Position numbers and translations under genes: made by a program
The notes under the pieces: model-generated
Databases searched by the model: none
Seen by the model: the letters and a program-made list of their open reading frames with translations, nothing else
Told to the model about the DNA's origin: nothing
Source of the DNA: Cycas panzhihuaensis
Lineage: Eukaryota > Plantae > Cycadophyta
DNA length: 64,000 nt
Assembly (NCBI GenBank): GCA_023213395.1
Contig: CM041465.1
Coordinates: 133,493,741-133,557,740, forward strand
Direction of reading: 5' to 3'
Shown: in pieces, positions 37,978-52,602 of the stretch
How positions within the stretch are numbered: position 1 is the stretch's first letter
Layout: each line of letters starts with the position of its first letter

Positions 37978-40180
37978 TGGAAGGGTTCTACAAGTAATAT
38001 GTACTAATTCGATACATAAAGAGAATAAAGAAAGATATTAAATATACAACCAATATATTTCTATTATTTATTTATGTACTACAAATTTCAAAAAGGGACA
38101 TTTACATGAATACCAAAAGATCACTAGATTCATATGATAGTACAATATTACAAATGAACTCTAGATACAACCACCTTCTATAAATATTGGGCCTTGAATA
38201 GGAAATAATGGCCCTTCCTCATAGAATTATCTTAGTGGTAAAAATGATCCTCATTCCTATCAGAGGATATAAGTGACTCATGTACATAAGTTTATAGGAA
38301 GTTCTATCCATCATGTGTCTTGGTCACATGAATTAACAACCCAAATTTTCTAGTGACAGACAATTATATAATAGGTCTCCCCTTCTTAGATGTTAAGTCC
38401 TCGAAGCTTAGAAGACAAGGATGTTGCTTGAAAAAATCATTTGACTCTTATGTTACATCCTTTAGATCATAACTAAACCATTAAACCAAATGCTCAAAGA
38501 TGGTTCAATCCTAAAAGTGGCATTATCAATTGGCAATGATATAGTTAAGGGAACTATATGAGTAGTTGCTCATTATTAAGGATGAGAAGGATGATCTAAA
38601 GGATAGTATTCTAATCAAGGTATTATTTTAGGCAAGAGACATGGAATATATTATGCATCTTTATGTCTAGCAAGAGTACAAATGTGTAGGCAACTTGACT
38701 AATCTTTCATAAAACTTTATATAGGCCGTAGTAGCAAGGGCTTAGTTTGTGGATTTTGTTGGATTTGAGGCATTACTATTTATATAGCTAAAGATAGAGG
38801 AATATTAGGTCACCAATGGAGAAAGAGCAATCAAAATAGTGGTGATTAAAGAGCTACTTCATACAATTCTATGTATTTGCTTAGGATTTAGTTAATCTCT
38901 TAAAGTTTATGTTGGATAAAAGTAATTTAGAAATTAGTGGTTAGAGTGTGGTGGAATGATTTGGGGTACCCATAAAGAGCTATAAATGGGGATATACTTA
39001 TAGTTAAATTATATGATGAATTATATTAGTATTCAACAAGGGGTAACTAAGAAGTCCACTTAGCTTTATGGTCATAAGTAAAACAATTTAAATACATTTC
39101 TAGTATTTTATTTAAAACTTTTGATTAGCATAAGTTTATGGATGGTAGGTTGTGCTCATATTAAATGAGGTTTTTTATTCTTAAAAGTGTTCTTTCTAGA
39201 GGGAACTAGTGAATTTAAGGTCTTGATCATAAATAATAGAAGAAGGAAATCCATGTAGACAACAAATAGATTAGATGTAGAGATTTGTAATATGGAGTGT
39301 TTTATATGAAGTGTACATTGGAATGAAATGGCTATACTTAGTTATCCTATTAATGATGACCAAGATTGAATTAGATCCAATAGACCTTAGTAGACCTACA
39401 ATAAAATCGATGGCTATGTCTTTTCATTTGCCCTATGAAGGTTTAAGGGCTAGAGGAGACTTCATAGAGATTTAGAGTCCATCTTATTTCTTTGATAAGT
39501 GACACCCTTAGACATAAATGTAAGGATGGTAGACTTTATAAGTGGCCAAAGAAGTCTATATGAATATAGTGGTATGTATTATCAAATCTAGAATGGTGAC
39601 TGAAACACATGTGAGTGAGGGTGGAACACAAGTAATAAACTTAGCAACACAAGCCTACGGCATAAATGGCAAGTGTGCAAGGCGAAAGTAAACCTAAGCC
39701 TTACTCAAGGCACTTGTGTGCCTCTTGGATGCAGGTGTGAGGTGTATTGTGATTTCAAATGATATAAAAATGGCTAAACTAGGGCAACACAAGTGTTTGT
39801 ATGTGCATGTATATTGTTTAGGTTTTTCATAGCTAAGGCCTATAGCATGCTACAAAAAGAAACACATATCTATATACATCTATATGCTTTTACTATTTGA
39901 TGAAAACAAAGAGCTACCTTAGCCAAAAATGTAATATTGTCCCATAAGTTTAGGGACTTGCAACTATGTGGTCCTTTCCTTTGTTCAGGCTTTTGAAAAG
40001 AAAGAAACTATGTGAGGACTATTTTGGAAGGTGCTAATGTAATGCATGTATATAAGAAAGAAAAATAAGGGAGCTTCCTTCTTTTTAAGGAATTTTTATA
40101 TTTTCTTGTTTTTCTTTTCCTTTATTTATTATCTTTTTTTTATGCATAAAAGAGAAAACGGGAATAAGCAATATACCTAA

Positions 40181-40300
40181 ATATGACTAGATACAACTAG
40201 GTGCAACCGAGTGTGACCTAATATGGCAACCAAGTATGGCTAGATATGACTAGATACAACTAGGTGTAACCAGGTATGACCTGAGGTATAGCCAAGCATG
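40181..40300. repeat. 10-bp tandem minisatellite (consensus ~RTRYRACYAG) with a 63-bp higher-order repeat
   Basis: Units atatgactag atacaactag gtgcaaccga gtgtgaccta...; the block atatgactagatacaactaggtg recurs at 40181 and 40244. Confidence 0.85.
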
Positions 40301-41399
40301 AGACTAAAGCTACGATAATTAAGATACTGTTGGTTTATACTTATGATGGAGCATAGTGCCCCTGTGGGGTAAGATCTCTTCCTATAGAATAGGATGTGGG
40401 TAGTAAAGAAGTATAGTGTGATATCATACCCTGATTAAGGATGATACACATCACAACTAAGAGTAGTTTAAGCTAATTTTAGAGTAAGTTGCTTACATGG
40501 GATGAAATCCTATTAATGGTAAGGATAGAATAAGGTAAATGGATTAATATAATGATATGCCCCTAGTGTAAACTATGCATGATGCTAAACAAAAATAGTC
40601 CGGGCTCGTTTCAAAGCATGGTTGGTAGTTTAGGCTCATACCAGAGCATTGGCCCCCTTTGAGGGAAAAGGTAAGCTAAAAAAACTACCAAATAGGCCCA
40701 CAAAGGGTGTGTCCAAAATAAAAAGAGAGTAAGCCAGTGTGGTTCATGCTCTAACTTAAGGGAAGGAATGGATATAAATGAATGATGGGTAATGGGTACA
40801 TCATGAGACAGTGGTGACTCAAACTGAGGATCTGCGTCACGGGTAGGAAGGGCTTGGCTAGAACCAAGCGATGAAGTGATAGGATATAAGAGATCCCATA
40901 CACACCAAACCTTATTTAGAGTTTGGGGTGGGGGAGTCATGTGGGTCTTGGCATTAGGAAAAGGCCTAGACCGTAAAGGGGTAGCATATGAAGATCATGG
41001 GGTAAATCCCAAATGAGAAATGCATCAAGGAATATTCCTCCAAGTAATTGATCAACTAAAAGATAAAGGTGTAGGTTGGGTTAGGTCTGGTAGCTCATAA
41101 AGATAATTAGGGGTCCTTTGAGATGGACCAAAAGGAGGGGAGACATCATCTTGGGATGGTTCCCTAAGAATATAGGAAATAAGAGCCACTCGTCATGGAG
41201 GGGGCTCATGGCCCTTAGTGTTTAACTTAGGATCACTGAGGATAGCTAGGTAACTATAACTATCTACATCAATAGGTGAACAATAAACCAAATTTGGTTT
41301 AGGTAGAGGTGGATCCTCATAATAGTAGGAATTAGGGCCTTAGAAGAGGGATTTAAGATAAGGATAGGGCTTATTAGGATTGTTATCCCTAGCATCAAA

Positions 41400-43400
41400 G
41401 ATAGCTTAGCAAGTGGGTGGAGATATTCATGGAGGAGGAGACTCTTGAGTCACAACTCACACCTGTCCCTCATGGATAAATTTGAGTTACCTTCAATGTA
41501 AAGAATAGACTACATCCATGTGGTCCAACTAACGTCATCCTAAGAGAAGGTTATAGTCAATGGAAATATCTAGGATGACAATGTTAATAGGGACAATCTT
41601 ATCTTTGAGAGTGAGTGGTAGGGTCATTGTCCTTAAAGGTGCCTTCTCACTCCTATCATACCCTTAGCATTTCCAAGAGATAGGCTTGAGAGCTTCGATG
41701 CTTAATTTCTCAAACATCTAAATAGGCATAGTGTTAAATGAAGATCCATTGTCTATAACACTCCTCTTCAATGTAAAGTCAGGTGTATCTATAATGATGG
41801 TAAAAGGGTAATGCCAATGGTGCTCTCACTCATTAGTGAGCAATAGATCCCATGGATTAAAGGAGATAATAGATAGGCCACATGATGTGGTGGACATAGA
41901 ATAGATAAGGGCATCCTTTTAGCTAAGGGCCTTAAGGAGAAGAGCTTGTTGCTTAAGGTAACATTATAAGACATCCATCATGGACATACCTATAGACATG
42001 GTGTGAAGTTTTTTTATAATTGAGAAGGTCTTCCCTTTACTCATGGGTTGAGAGATGGTTCTTCTGAAATTGTACCACCCTAAATAAATGGGAATGACTT
42101 TGGGGACAACTGACATCTCTATGGGAGGATTCTCCAAAGAATGTTATTATTGCAAAGTGGAGACCTCTCTGACCATCTTTGTTAGTTATGAGTGAGTAAT
42201 GAGGCATACTTGAGTAGTCTTAAGTAGCTGAATAATCCTCTTGCCCTTGGAATTAGGCCATGGGGGGGAAGGTTATATCATAGGACTCAATGGTGTTGAT
42301 GTATCAACCAGGGCCCTATCCTTAGGTTGACCTAATTGAGGAGGGGGAGGGATACCCTTCTATTAAGTTGGGGGACACCCCCTAGTTCATCAGTTTTAGG
42401 GTTAAGGTGCTTGATCTAATACCTCATAATTAGGGAATAAGTCACAGTGGATTGACTGGTATAAGTTAGGTCTCAGAGTAGATTGTGGTGAAGTGTCACA
42501 GGGTGGAGCCAACTCAAGATATTAGGTCCAATAATGGGCATCATCATGGGTACAATGCATATGCACAAAACACCATATCTTTTCAACAAAGGACTTGGAA
42601 CTTGGTATTTGGGAAGACTCAAGTCCTTCCTTTAATGCCCCTATAGTTTGGGTGATCTGGTGGACTAATCTGTAATCAAATGAGAGAGTTTGTGGATCTA
42701 ATATAGACTAAGTTGGTTGCAACTTCAAGTCCCTAATCATCCACTCAAAAGATCAAATGACATATGTGAGTGGTTATAAGTCTTATCGATGGCACCAACA
42801 AAGGGCTTGGATGAGGGTTGTTGCCCCCTTTGGTCATGTGAGGGAGGTGGTGCCTTGTAATGTGATGCACTATAATTAATCTTCTTTAAACCTACTTGGA
42901 TCTTAATAAATTCCAAGGCTAAGCACGTGGTTATGACCAAGTTGCATGTGGTCGCTCCCATCTTCAAGACCTTAGTGTGAACTCTAAGGCACAAGGCATT
43001 TACAAATATGTCCCTCCTCAAATCCTTAGGTAGTATGGCCTTCGAGGAGTGAAGGAGATCATAGAACCTATAGATGAAGTCTTTGTTAAGCTCATCTACT
43101 CCTTGTTTAAGAGAGATAAGGGCCCTAGTCCCACTCTCAAATGGCCTCATGACATCAAAATAGTTAATGAATATATCAACTAATTATTGAAAATAATGAA
43201 TGGAGTGGGCTAGGAAATGGTAAAACCATTTTAGTGCATCCCCCTAAAGTGACCTAGGAAATAGCTTCATGAGTATGTAGTCATATGCCTAATAATCTAT
43301 GCATGCCATGGCAAATGCCCTAACATGGTCTATGGCATTTTATGAGGAAATGCTATTAAATATGGGAACTTCTAGAGGATGAGGGGTAATTTGGTTCTTA
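41400..43400 (-). pseudogene. gag: Tat/Ogre gag-protease pseudogene
   Basis: DHVRAF...LMKLFPRSL*GDALKWFY ~43225-43330; ORF 42737-43150 LISLKQGVDE..DFIYRF; protease VIDNGSSFNTMP ~41725-41760. Confidence 0.85.
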
Positions 43401-46400
43401 AGGCTTCTTGAAAAGAGGACTAGACCTATAATCCATAATGGGTCATATCCCTAGTTGGATTAGAAGATCATATGGGTTATATAAAGGTTGAGGATAATAT
43501 CCTACTTGAGTAGGATATATGAAGTTCCTAAGATAGGGAGTATGTCACTTTTAGTGGGGCATATAAAGAGGAGTGGCATGAGGCATGCTTCTCGCCTGAT
43601 AGGAAGGAGCCATGCCAGGGGTAAGAATGATAGGGATATGGGGGTGGCTAAGAATAACCTGAACTATTATAATATGGCACGTGATATAAGGGATTAGCTT
43701 GAGTTGTTACCCCTTGGGGAGTGACAGTAAAAAAGGATGGAACCAAATATGCCATGGGTGCCTCTTGATAGGCATGGAAAGGTGAAATTGAATAAGGCAT
43801 CTGAGCAAATAAGTGTGACAAAGGATTTTACCTAAACAGACCTTCAATAAGAGGTGCAACCCCATAGGGATGGAGGAGATCTACCCCATAGGTCAAGAAG
43901 GGGTGAAATCCTCCATGACCTTATTGGTAGGTTGCATATCTTAGTGGGATAGATAATAGAGGGTCCATGTGATGTGGACAAGGCCAAATAGATTATTCTC
44001 TATTATATCCCATATAGCAAGGATGAGCAAGAATAGTTGAAAAAATCAAAGGAACCAATGCCATGATCAGTTGGGGAATCATAGTTTGTAACAATGGAAT
44101 AAAGAAAGTAGATTAGGTTGAGAAAGTTCCTAAGATAAATTAGGTCCCACCCAAAGGAAGGTGTTTATAGAAGGTGATGTGGTAATCACATTTAGAGGAA
44201 TTAATGGTTTAGGAACATGAGCTAGTTCTTGAAGGGGAATGCTTCCAACTTTGTGAGTGGGAGACCCAACTGAGTTTTGATAGAACTCTTCAATCTCATA
44301 GCATGGTTATGCCAAATTACCACCTCAATGGGCAGGGTCTTCATATAGGTATGATGCCTCATGTTGAGGCTAATCATAGGCATAACAATCATAAGCCCAA
44401 TCAAAAGGAAAAGGCTCAACCATTGGTGACTCTTAATCACCTTCTAGAGTAGGTGCGTATGCAATCTTCAAATCCATAGGCAAAAGTCCACATAAGTGAT
44501 AGAAGGAACATTACATTTCACAATTAACTAACATGTATGGACATGAGGAGCGAGGGCAAGAGGTCCTTATATAAATCAAATAAGATGCCTAGAAAGTAAG
44601 AGTGAATAGAAATAAAAGGGATGGGCCTAGATGTACTAAGAAGCTTCTAGTTGGCAAGTCCCCAGTATGATCACCAATAAAATATGTGTGAGTGAGGGTG
44701 GAACACAAGCAACAAACTTAGCAACACAAACCTAGGGTATGGACGGCAACTGTACAAGGTGAAAGTAAACTTAAGCCTTACACAAGGTGCTTATGCACCT
44801 CTTGGATGTAGGTGTGAGGTGTATTATGCATTTAAATGATATAAAAATGGCTAGAATAGGGCAACACAAGCATTCGTGTATGCATGTAAATGATTTAGAT
44901 TTTTTATAGTGGGGGCCTATGGAATGCTAGAAAAGGAAACACACATCTACATGCATCTATGTGCTTTTTCTATTCAATGAAAATAAAGAGCTACCCTATC
45001 AAAAAATGCAATATTGTCCCATGTATTTAAATACTCATAACAATGTGGTCCTTTCCTTCACTCAGGCTTTCAAAAAGAAAGAAACTATGCAAGGATAATT
45101 TTGGAAGGTGATAATGTGATGCACATGCATAAGAAAAAAAAGAAGGGAGCTTCTTTTTTTTAAGGAATTTTTATATTTTCTTCTCTTTTTTTTCCTTATT
45201 TATTATCTTTTTTTCTTAATACATAAAAAAAAAAAAAGGGAACATGTAATATACTTAAAGAAAAAGATCTACTTTCTTCCCCCCTGCTCCCCACCCTGCT
45301 TTTTGCCCCCCCTTTTTTTCTTTTATTTCCTTCCTTTTTGTTTTATAAACAAGAATCAAATTAAGAGTGGGGAAGGGGAGCGTACTTGGAATGGTGAGCA
45401 TGTTCCTTCAATGCCACTCTCTCTTGATGCAAGGTAGTTGGACTCTCTTGTGACATGACTCAAATGGAAAAGATACAAATCCTAATAAAAATCTGACAAC
45501 ATTTCTGCTTGTTGGACTAACTTATAACAAAAAAAAAAAGAAAAAACATAAATCTACTCAAAGTAAAGCAAACATATACAAAACCCTACAAATTGGCATA
45601 CCTCATATGAATCTTTACTAAGGAGAGCTGATTTGGTGAATGAATCTAAGCTCTAGTTGATAAAAGATCAATCACTTAATCTCTTCTTTCCTATAAGAAG
45701 ACAAAAAACCATAGTTGCAAGCAACCACTAATAACCAAACAAAATCGTACACATGCATTATCTCCTATACATGTTAGTATTAAAATTTATCAAATAAATA
45801 TGCAATCAAATCTAGTAAAAGAGGGTAAAAAGGAGCCTTAGATTGGCCCACATCCCCCAAATATGGTAGACCCTACAAGTTATGCTTAGGTGCCACCTCC
45901 CCCTTACAACAACTTCTTGGACTAATGGAACAACATACAACAAAGGGAGAAAAAGGAAGGATGTCTAAAGAGAAATGATACCAAATATTAAACACCTTAC
46001 CAGATAGCAAAATATAATATGTAAGAAGATGAAAAACTCACCAAAGTAAAAGAGAAAGGATTACCTTGTCCCAAGCGAATGGAGATGGCTAATGGCTAAT
46101 AATGCTCCTCTTAAAGGGTCTCTAATGTTGTTAAGAAGGATGTTTCCAAAGATTCAATGAGCAAATGATGGTGTAGACCAAGGGATGCCTAATTCTCTTG
46201 GAATTTCAAGAGCATAATGATGTGGTCTCACCTCTCAACTTCCTCCCCCCACTTAATAAAAAATTTGGAAGATTTATAAATGAGGATGAAGGTGAGAAAG
46301 GTGGTTTTTAGCCCATAATGTGGAATAAAATAAGGGGCCAAATCCATAAGTCATGCTCATGGATTTGGTTCAAAAACCATATGGGAAGATGTATTTAGGT

Positions 46401-46849
46401 ATGATTTGGCTTGTTGAGCTACCAAAATTTGATAGGTGCCATTCTAGGATTGATGTGGGTTGCCTAAGACTAATAGGGGAATAATAAATGAGCTACCTAT
46501 AATCCTTGGACTAATAATGATAGTTTCTTAGGTAAGAAAGATAGTGGTTTGACTGCTAATCAATGTGGGATGTAAAAGAGGTCATGGAACAACCCAAATA
46601 GAGAGAAAAATAGAGGAAAAGGAGTTAATAATCAAAGCAAAATAGGGATAAATGATGCAAAATAAAGGAAATAATGGCAAAACAAGATAAGCAACAAGGT
46701 GAAGTGGCTAAAAAGGGATTGAAAAGACTTTATAGAGGGAGTTAAGCACCTATTCCAACCTAAGAAGTATAATGGTTGACTAATGGCCAACGACCAAAAT
46801 CATGCTCATCATTGACTGGAAAAAAAAAATACATGGGTGACTACATATA

Positions 46850-48420
46850 ACAATTAAGCAAATGAAAGTATAAATATATTATTTATGATCATGATATGTA
46901 AAATCAATGAAATACAAAGCGTAACAAACTATAATTTCATTCATATGTTTTCTACAATGTCTATACCATTCTTGGAAGCTAAGAAACAGTGACCTGGAGG
47001 AGTGGAATGGTATTCAATAAGATACAAAGAATGAAGGAGGAGGTGAGGTGGACAAAACTAGAATTTTTAATTAAGTGATGATTATTATAGGTTGACCAAC
47101 CCTTTTAGTTATGGACTTTCACGATCCATTATGAATAATCTGATTAGGATAGGTTTTATGTGGCTAACTCATATAACCATGTGGGGTGGTATTTAGAGAT
47201 GGCATGAATGGTAGGATTAGGAGAATTTAAACTAGAAGGAAAGTATGATAGAGTGACAGTAATAATATTCTATGTCTTTCTTATAGGAAATGGTGAATTT
47301 AAATACTTATGTATGATCAATCTGCTTAGCCTATTCTTTAAATAGTACAAGTTGATCTAAAAGATGATAAATACCATAGTGATCAATAAAAATTATGAAC
47401 TTAATATCCAAGAGGCATTACTACCACTTGTCTACTACATACAAAATTACTTTAATTTCCTTTTGATAAGTTGATAGTTGACATTCATGATCTTTGACAT
47501 TTTGGATTTCAAAGGTAATAGGAAAAAAAACATCATAAGGACTAGTCCTATGCCAAATCTTGAGGCATCATACTTAAGTTGAAAGAGTTGAGAAAAGTTT
47601 AGAGTAACAAGGATAGGTGTTGAGGTCATAAATACTTTTAGATGGTTAAAGGCAACTTTCACATTTGGAGACCACTAGAATGAGTCTTTACATAGGGGTT
47701 AGTCAGTGGAGCAATAAGTGAAGCATAATTACAAACAAAGTGATGGTAAAATCATGTGAGGCTAAGAAAATCCCATAGTTAGGTGATGTTTATAGGAATT
47801 GGCCAAGTGGTAATAATTAAAATTTTATCTAGGTTTACACATATGCCTATTGATGAAATGATATGCCCTAACTATTAAAATTTGGATTCACCAAATTCAT
47901 ATTTTAAAAGTTTAGTATACAACTAATATTAGTGTAGAATTTGAAGAATAACTTCGAGATGGTGAAGGTAGTGGGCTAAATAAGAATTGTAAATAAGTCT
48001 ATCATCAAAGAAAATAATGATAAATTTGTAAAGGTGGAAAATAAAAATTTTGTTCATTAGGGCTTAGAAATTACTTGGAACTCAAAATGGCCATGATGAG
48101 TTTTAAAAACTATCTTATGTTGATCCTTGAATGTAATGGAAATTTGATAATAACTTGATCGAAGGTCCAGTTTAGAGAATATTATGGCATCATGAATTTT
48201 ATCAAGTATATCATCAATCTGTGACATGGAAAACTTATTTCTTATGGTGATTTTATTGAGTTCCTTATAGTCCATACAGAGGCAAAACAACACATCCTTT
48301 TTGTAGATAATCATAATTAGAGCAAAATAGGGCCTTTTACTTATATATATAATCCCCATATCGATTAGTTCTTTGGTGATCTTCTCAATCTCATTTTTTC
48401 TGAAATAAGAATTTCACTTC
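46850..48420 (-). pseudogene. pol: Chromovirus B RT-RNase H and start of integrase
   Basis: QKNEIEKITKELIDMGII; CMDYKELNKITIRNKF; FSKLDLRSSYYQI; YDASRFGIGLVLM. Confidence 0.9.
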
Positions 48421-51400
48421 TGATGGAAGTATACAAATTAGGTTTGATGAAGTTTCTACTCAAGGATGTTGTGTCTCATCTATATGTGATCATTGGTAGG
48501 GAAAATCTACTTATTGGGTTCGTTATTACTAAAAAGGATTACAATGAAAAGTTGATAACTATTCAGATGCAAATTTAGTTTCTATTGCTTTAGTTGTAGA
48601 TATGGCTTTTATTAGACTTAATGTTGTGATTACTTTTAGACATGTTTTAATGTATTCTTTAAGGTTGGTCATATGCATTTCCACAAGTGTTTATCGATCA
48701 AGAGGTTGACTAACCCAAGTATAGAGAGCTTGTAACTCCTTTACATATACATCCACTAATATTATCTACTTTAACTGTGTGAATTGATTAAAAGGAAAAT
48801 GTTTTAAGCATCTTTATATTATTCAAAAAGCTCTTATAGAATTATGTCCATCTTTGATTGCTTAGGTATTCTTTCTCCCACCATTAAAACTAGTGATACA
48901 CCTTATTATCTAGATGAATGGCGATAAATGTTAATTAATCATTAGCATGCATAGGGTTAAGTGAGAAGTAAAAATCTAGATTACTTATCAAACTTTGAGC
49001 ATTTCCTTTGTTCAAATTAGGGTCAAAAGCTAGTATGTTGATCTTGTGGTAGATTCATTGCTAGTATGGAGTGGGCACTAAAGTGTGAGACTGTAATATA
49101 AGACATACTATACTTAAGGTAGATGCCATATTAGTTACTAGTGTTAATATGTGAATGGTAATCTTTACAACTTCCTTAAATAAAGCCTTGATATCCTTAG
49201 ACATAGCATCATGTTACTAAACCTAAGTATCTTCTTTGAATTCAAAGATGTCTTATTTCTTGCCAAAGTTGCCCACTCAATTAGACACATTTATGAACAG
49301 GGTCTCAAGTGCTTGGAGATGTTCTACTTGCATTGGTTCCATAGAGATACTTTATTATAAAAGAAAGAAAGGGAATTTAGGAAGAATTGGGAATAAGATA
49401 CAAGAAGAGTCTTAATAAAGAGAGAATGAGGAAGATAAAAGGGGAATGAAAAGGTGGAAAATGTTGTAGGTGAGGAAAAGGGAAATGGAGATCAGGGTGT
49501 CTATAACTTGTTGGCCTATAAAAATACATAATAGTTTCATCTACTATACTTAGATGGGTGCAAAAAGATTATCATAATAACATAGGTGAGATTTAGGAGT
49601 GGAAATTTAGGATATGGGGCCCATGAAATGCTTATATATTGTACCCCAAAAATGATAGTTGAAACTGCCACTAATGAAAAATGATTAGCATGATGCACTA
49701 ATTAAAATAATATGTACAAACAAGTAGGGGTGTTTTTTTTCCTTTTCGAATTCCAAGTATACTTATATAAGTTTTTCCTAAATTAGATAGGTATTTCCTA
49801 AAGTAACCCTATGGACTAAGCAATGGCTCTTAGAAAGGCTTTTCCTTTTCAATTTTTATTTTTTATTATAGTAGTAGTAGATGATAGACACTAGACTCAA
49901 AGACTAGGTACTAGATTTAGAAGTTAGAATGAAGGTTTAGATAGAAAGCCTTTAAATACCTTGATGATGTTACCGTAATAAGGGATGGTAGTATTATGTT
50001 AATGATGTTGTAAGATTTGGTTTTGTTACTATAATATAAAGGTATGTTGCAATCTTAATAACTTTGCAAAAGTACAATAGTCTTAGGAATTTTGGTAATG
50101 CAATAATAATATTTGATATAGTAAGTATCCTATTAAACACTAGAATAGTTTTACCTGGTCTATAGACCCTTTAATAAATTTATCTATCGATATTAATTCT
50201 TATCCTATTATCTGAGGGTACTAACTATAAAGGAATATTCATACATATAGTAGTGAAAGTAATGCAAAGGTTTTTAAGAAGGGCAACTTCTTAGCACCAA
50301 CCACTAACAAGTATATTATAGATGATAGGCGGTTGACAATTTACCTATACTAGGTAAGAGGGGGAACTTAAAATGGTCCTCTGGTATGCCTAAAGGTATG
50401 TGGAGGCTCAATTCTATAACTAAGTACTATTTAAGACCTACATAAGCAATGTGATCTACTTCATTTCATGCATGGGAATATACCTACATACCCTTGGCTG
50501 AGAACAACAAATCCCTATGATGTTTATAAACCCTTAACATATGGTCTCTACTTAGCCTTTTAAGGGAAATGAATGGGAGGGTTTGTTAACTACTTATAAC
50601 TAATTATAAGAATTTACATATTTATTAGAGAAAAATAAAGCAAAAGTAAATGTGAGAGAGGGTTTGAGGTGTTTCACCAAAGGAAAAAAAATCCCATTTT
50701 TTGGCTCCTTTTGCTAATCCACTTCTTCTTAATCATGCCTTGTTGCTTCAAATGGATACATGAACTTAGCTATATTACCACTTGGAAGGATTCCACAAGC
50801 AATTTGCATCAATCTAATATAAAAATCATAAAGAAAGATATGAAATATATAGCCAATAGATTTCTATTATTGATTTATACACCAAAAATTATAGAAAGGG
50901 ACACTTGTAGGAACACCAAAAGATCACCAAATTTATACAATAGTATGATATTACAAATGAACTCTAAATATAATCTTCCTCTACAAATGTTCAACCTTAA
51001 ATAGGCAATAACAACCCTTCTTCATAGAATTCTATTAGTAGGAAAAATGAATCTCATTCCTATTAGAGGATATAAGTGGCCCATTCACACAAGTTCATAG
51101 AAGTCTAACCATGACATGTCTTGGTCACATGAATTAAGAACCTTGCTTCATTAGCAGCAGGCAGTTATACAACAATAAATTTCCATATAATATTATAAAA
51201 ACAACTTAAGCAAGAAAAGATAATAAGCATTCAATAGCCTAGACACAATGTACACACTAATTTTTTTATTAAAGTCTAGTCTTTGGTCACTGTGCAGAGC
51301 ATTAATAAAACATAAAAAACTCAATCACAATGTAGGGAGCTAGAATCTACTCATATCATCATGTCTATTATAAAGAACACAATTTTTTTGCAATAATAAA

Positions 51401-52602
51401 ATGCTCTTATTATCATAAGCTCCTTTATGAGCCAAAAATAAACATATCTCTCATCATTTAATGTGACTAAGGGCTAATTTAATTTAAGGCTTAACTCATG
51501 AACTTCAACAAGAAATTAAAAATAACTTAATTTTATATAACATTGTAAAAAATAACTTTGTTGTATTTGTGGTAAAAATTATCCACTTAACTCTTTATTC
51601 AATTAATGTATTACCAAGTTTTTTCCATTCTCTTTTAGTGTTCTATATCTTCTTCATGTTGCTTATAGGTAGTTTAGTGAAAGCACATAAGTGTGCAATA
51701 AATTCATCTCTTAAATGCAAACAACTAAAGCTCAAATAGATGGACTTTGCTTGAATATATAGGCAAGTCAAGTAAATATAACAAACAGAGGCTTTACCCT
51801 TATAAAGGGCATGATCTAATCTATAATTCTCTGTGTTTATTCCTATCACTAAGCATATGTAATGTTGTGTTTACAGTGAACATGCTTACCTAATAAAAGC
51901 CTTAGTATATTGTGACCTATACAATGTTACGCAAGGCTACTACTCTACCAGACAATATGGGTTTCAACCAAATATTAATATCAACTTTTAATTTATTCCT
52001 GCACAATTAAAATGGCCTCAACTAGACAAAAGATTATCTCTAAGTTGAGCAACATCATGATGAGTGTTAATACAATGGTAACTTTCTTCTAGATTTTGGC
52101 TCTCCAATTGCAACAAGTTTTTTAAGTTACAATTTTTTCATTAGGTATTTTCATGAAATTATTAACTAATTTGATGATACCTTCCTTCTTCTTTGCTTAA
52201 GCTATTAGGTATAGGCAAATTCATCCTTCATATTCCACCAAATATCATTTTTTAAATAGATTATCAAGTGCTTTTAGCTACATGTAATCTCAAAGCAATT
52301 TCATATCAACAATGCCCTTTTCAACAAAATGTAGTTATTTATTATTTCAAAAGGTAAATATATACTTCAAACTAAGATGCCCCTCTACCAATGATAGACT
52401 TTGCAATCTCCTTTATATTTTCATATTTAATTTTAAGAGAGTAGTCTTAAAAAAATGATAAGATCAACACCTCTCTCAAAACTATTTTCACAACAACTTG
52501 ATGTAGTTCTAAAATTAAACTACCTACAAATTTAATACCTATCCCTAGTTAGGCTCACATATCATGGGTATAAAAATAATCTATGTCCTTTAATAATTAA
52601 AT

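Larger units (their letters stand above)
39601..46845 (-). mobile_element. Tat/Ogre-like gypsy element retaining gag-PR only; 3' LTR truncated
   Basis: 5' LTR 44678-46845 (minus start tgtagtcaccc). 3' LTR remnant 39601-~40182 aligns to 44678-~45258. PBS minus tggtgatcatactggggac (44658-44676) resembles the tRNA-Arg PBS TGGCGAC...CTGGGGAC of Ogre/Tat. Probable TSD GTGAC/ATAAC. Confidence 0.85.
37978..51174 (-). mobile_element. Ty3/gypsy chromovirus B, old, with a nested Tat/Ogre element
   Basis: Diverged LTRs 37978-38373 and 50783-51174. TSD ATAGA/ATAAA. Degenerate PBS gctatattacca 50769-50780; PPT ggtctccccttc at 38374. RT ORF 48057-48359; RH ORF 47447-47662; integrase split at 39600/46846; chromodomain EHLV*WFSYDLKDVT*E ~38445-38500. 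Confidence 0.88.

Noticed and set aside
40181-40300. Repeat array as CRISPR-like
   Set aside because: Head-to-tail 10-mers with no unique spacers, no cas genes, and a eukaryotic TE context.
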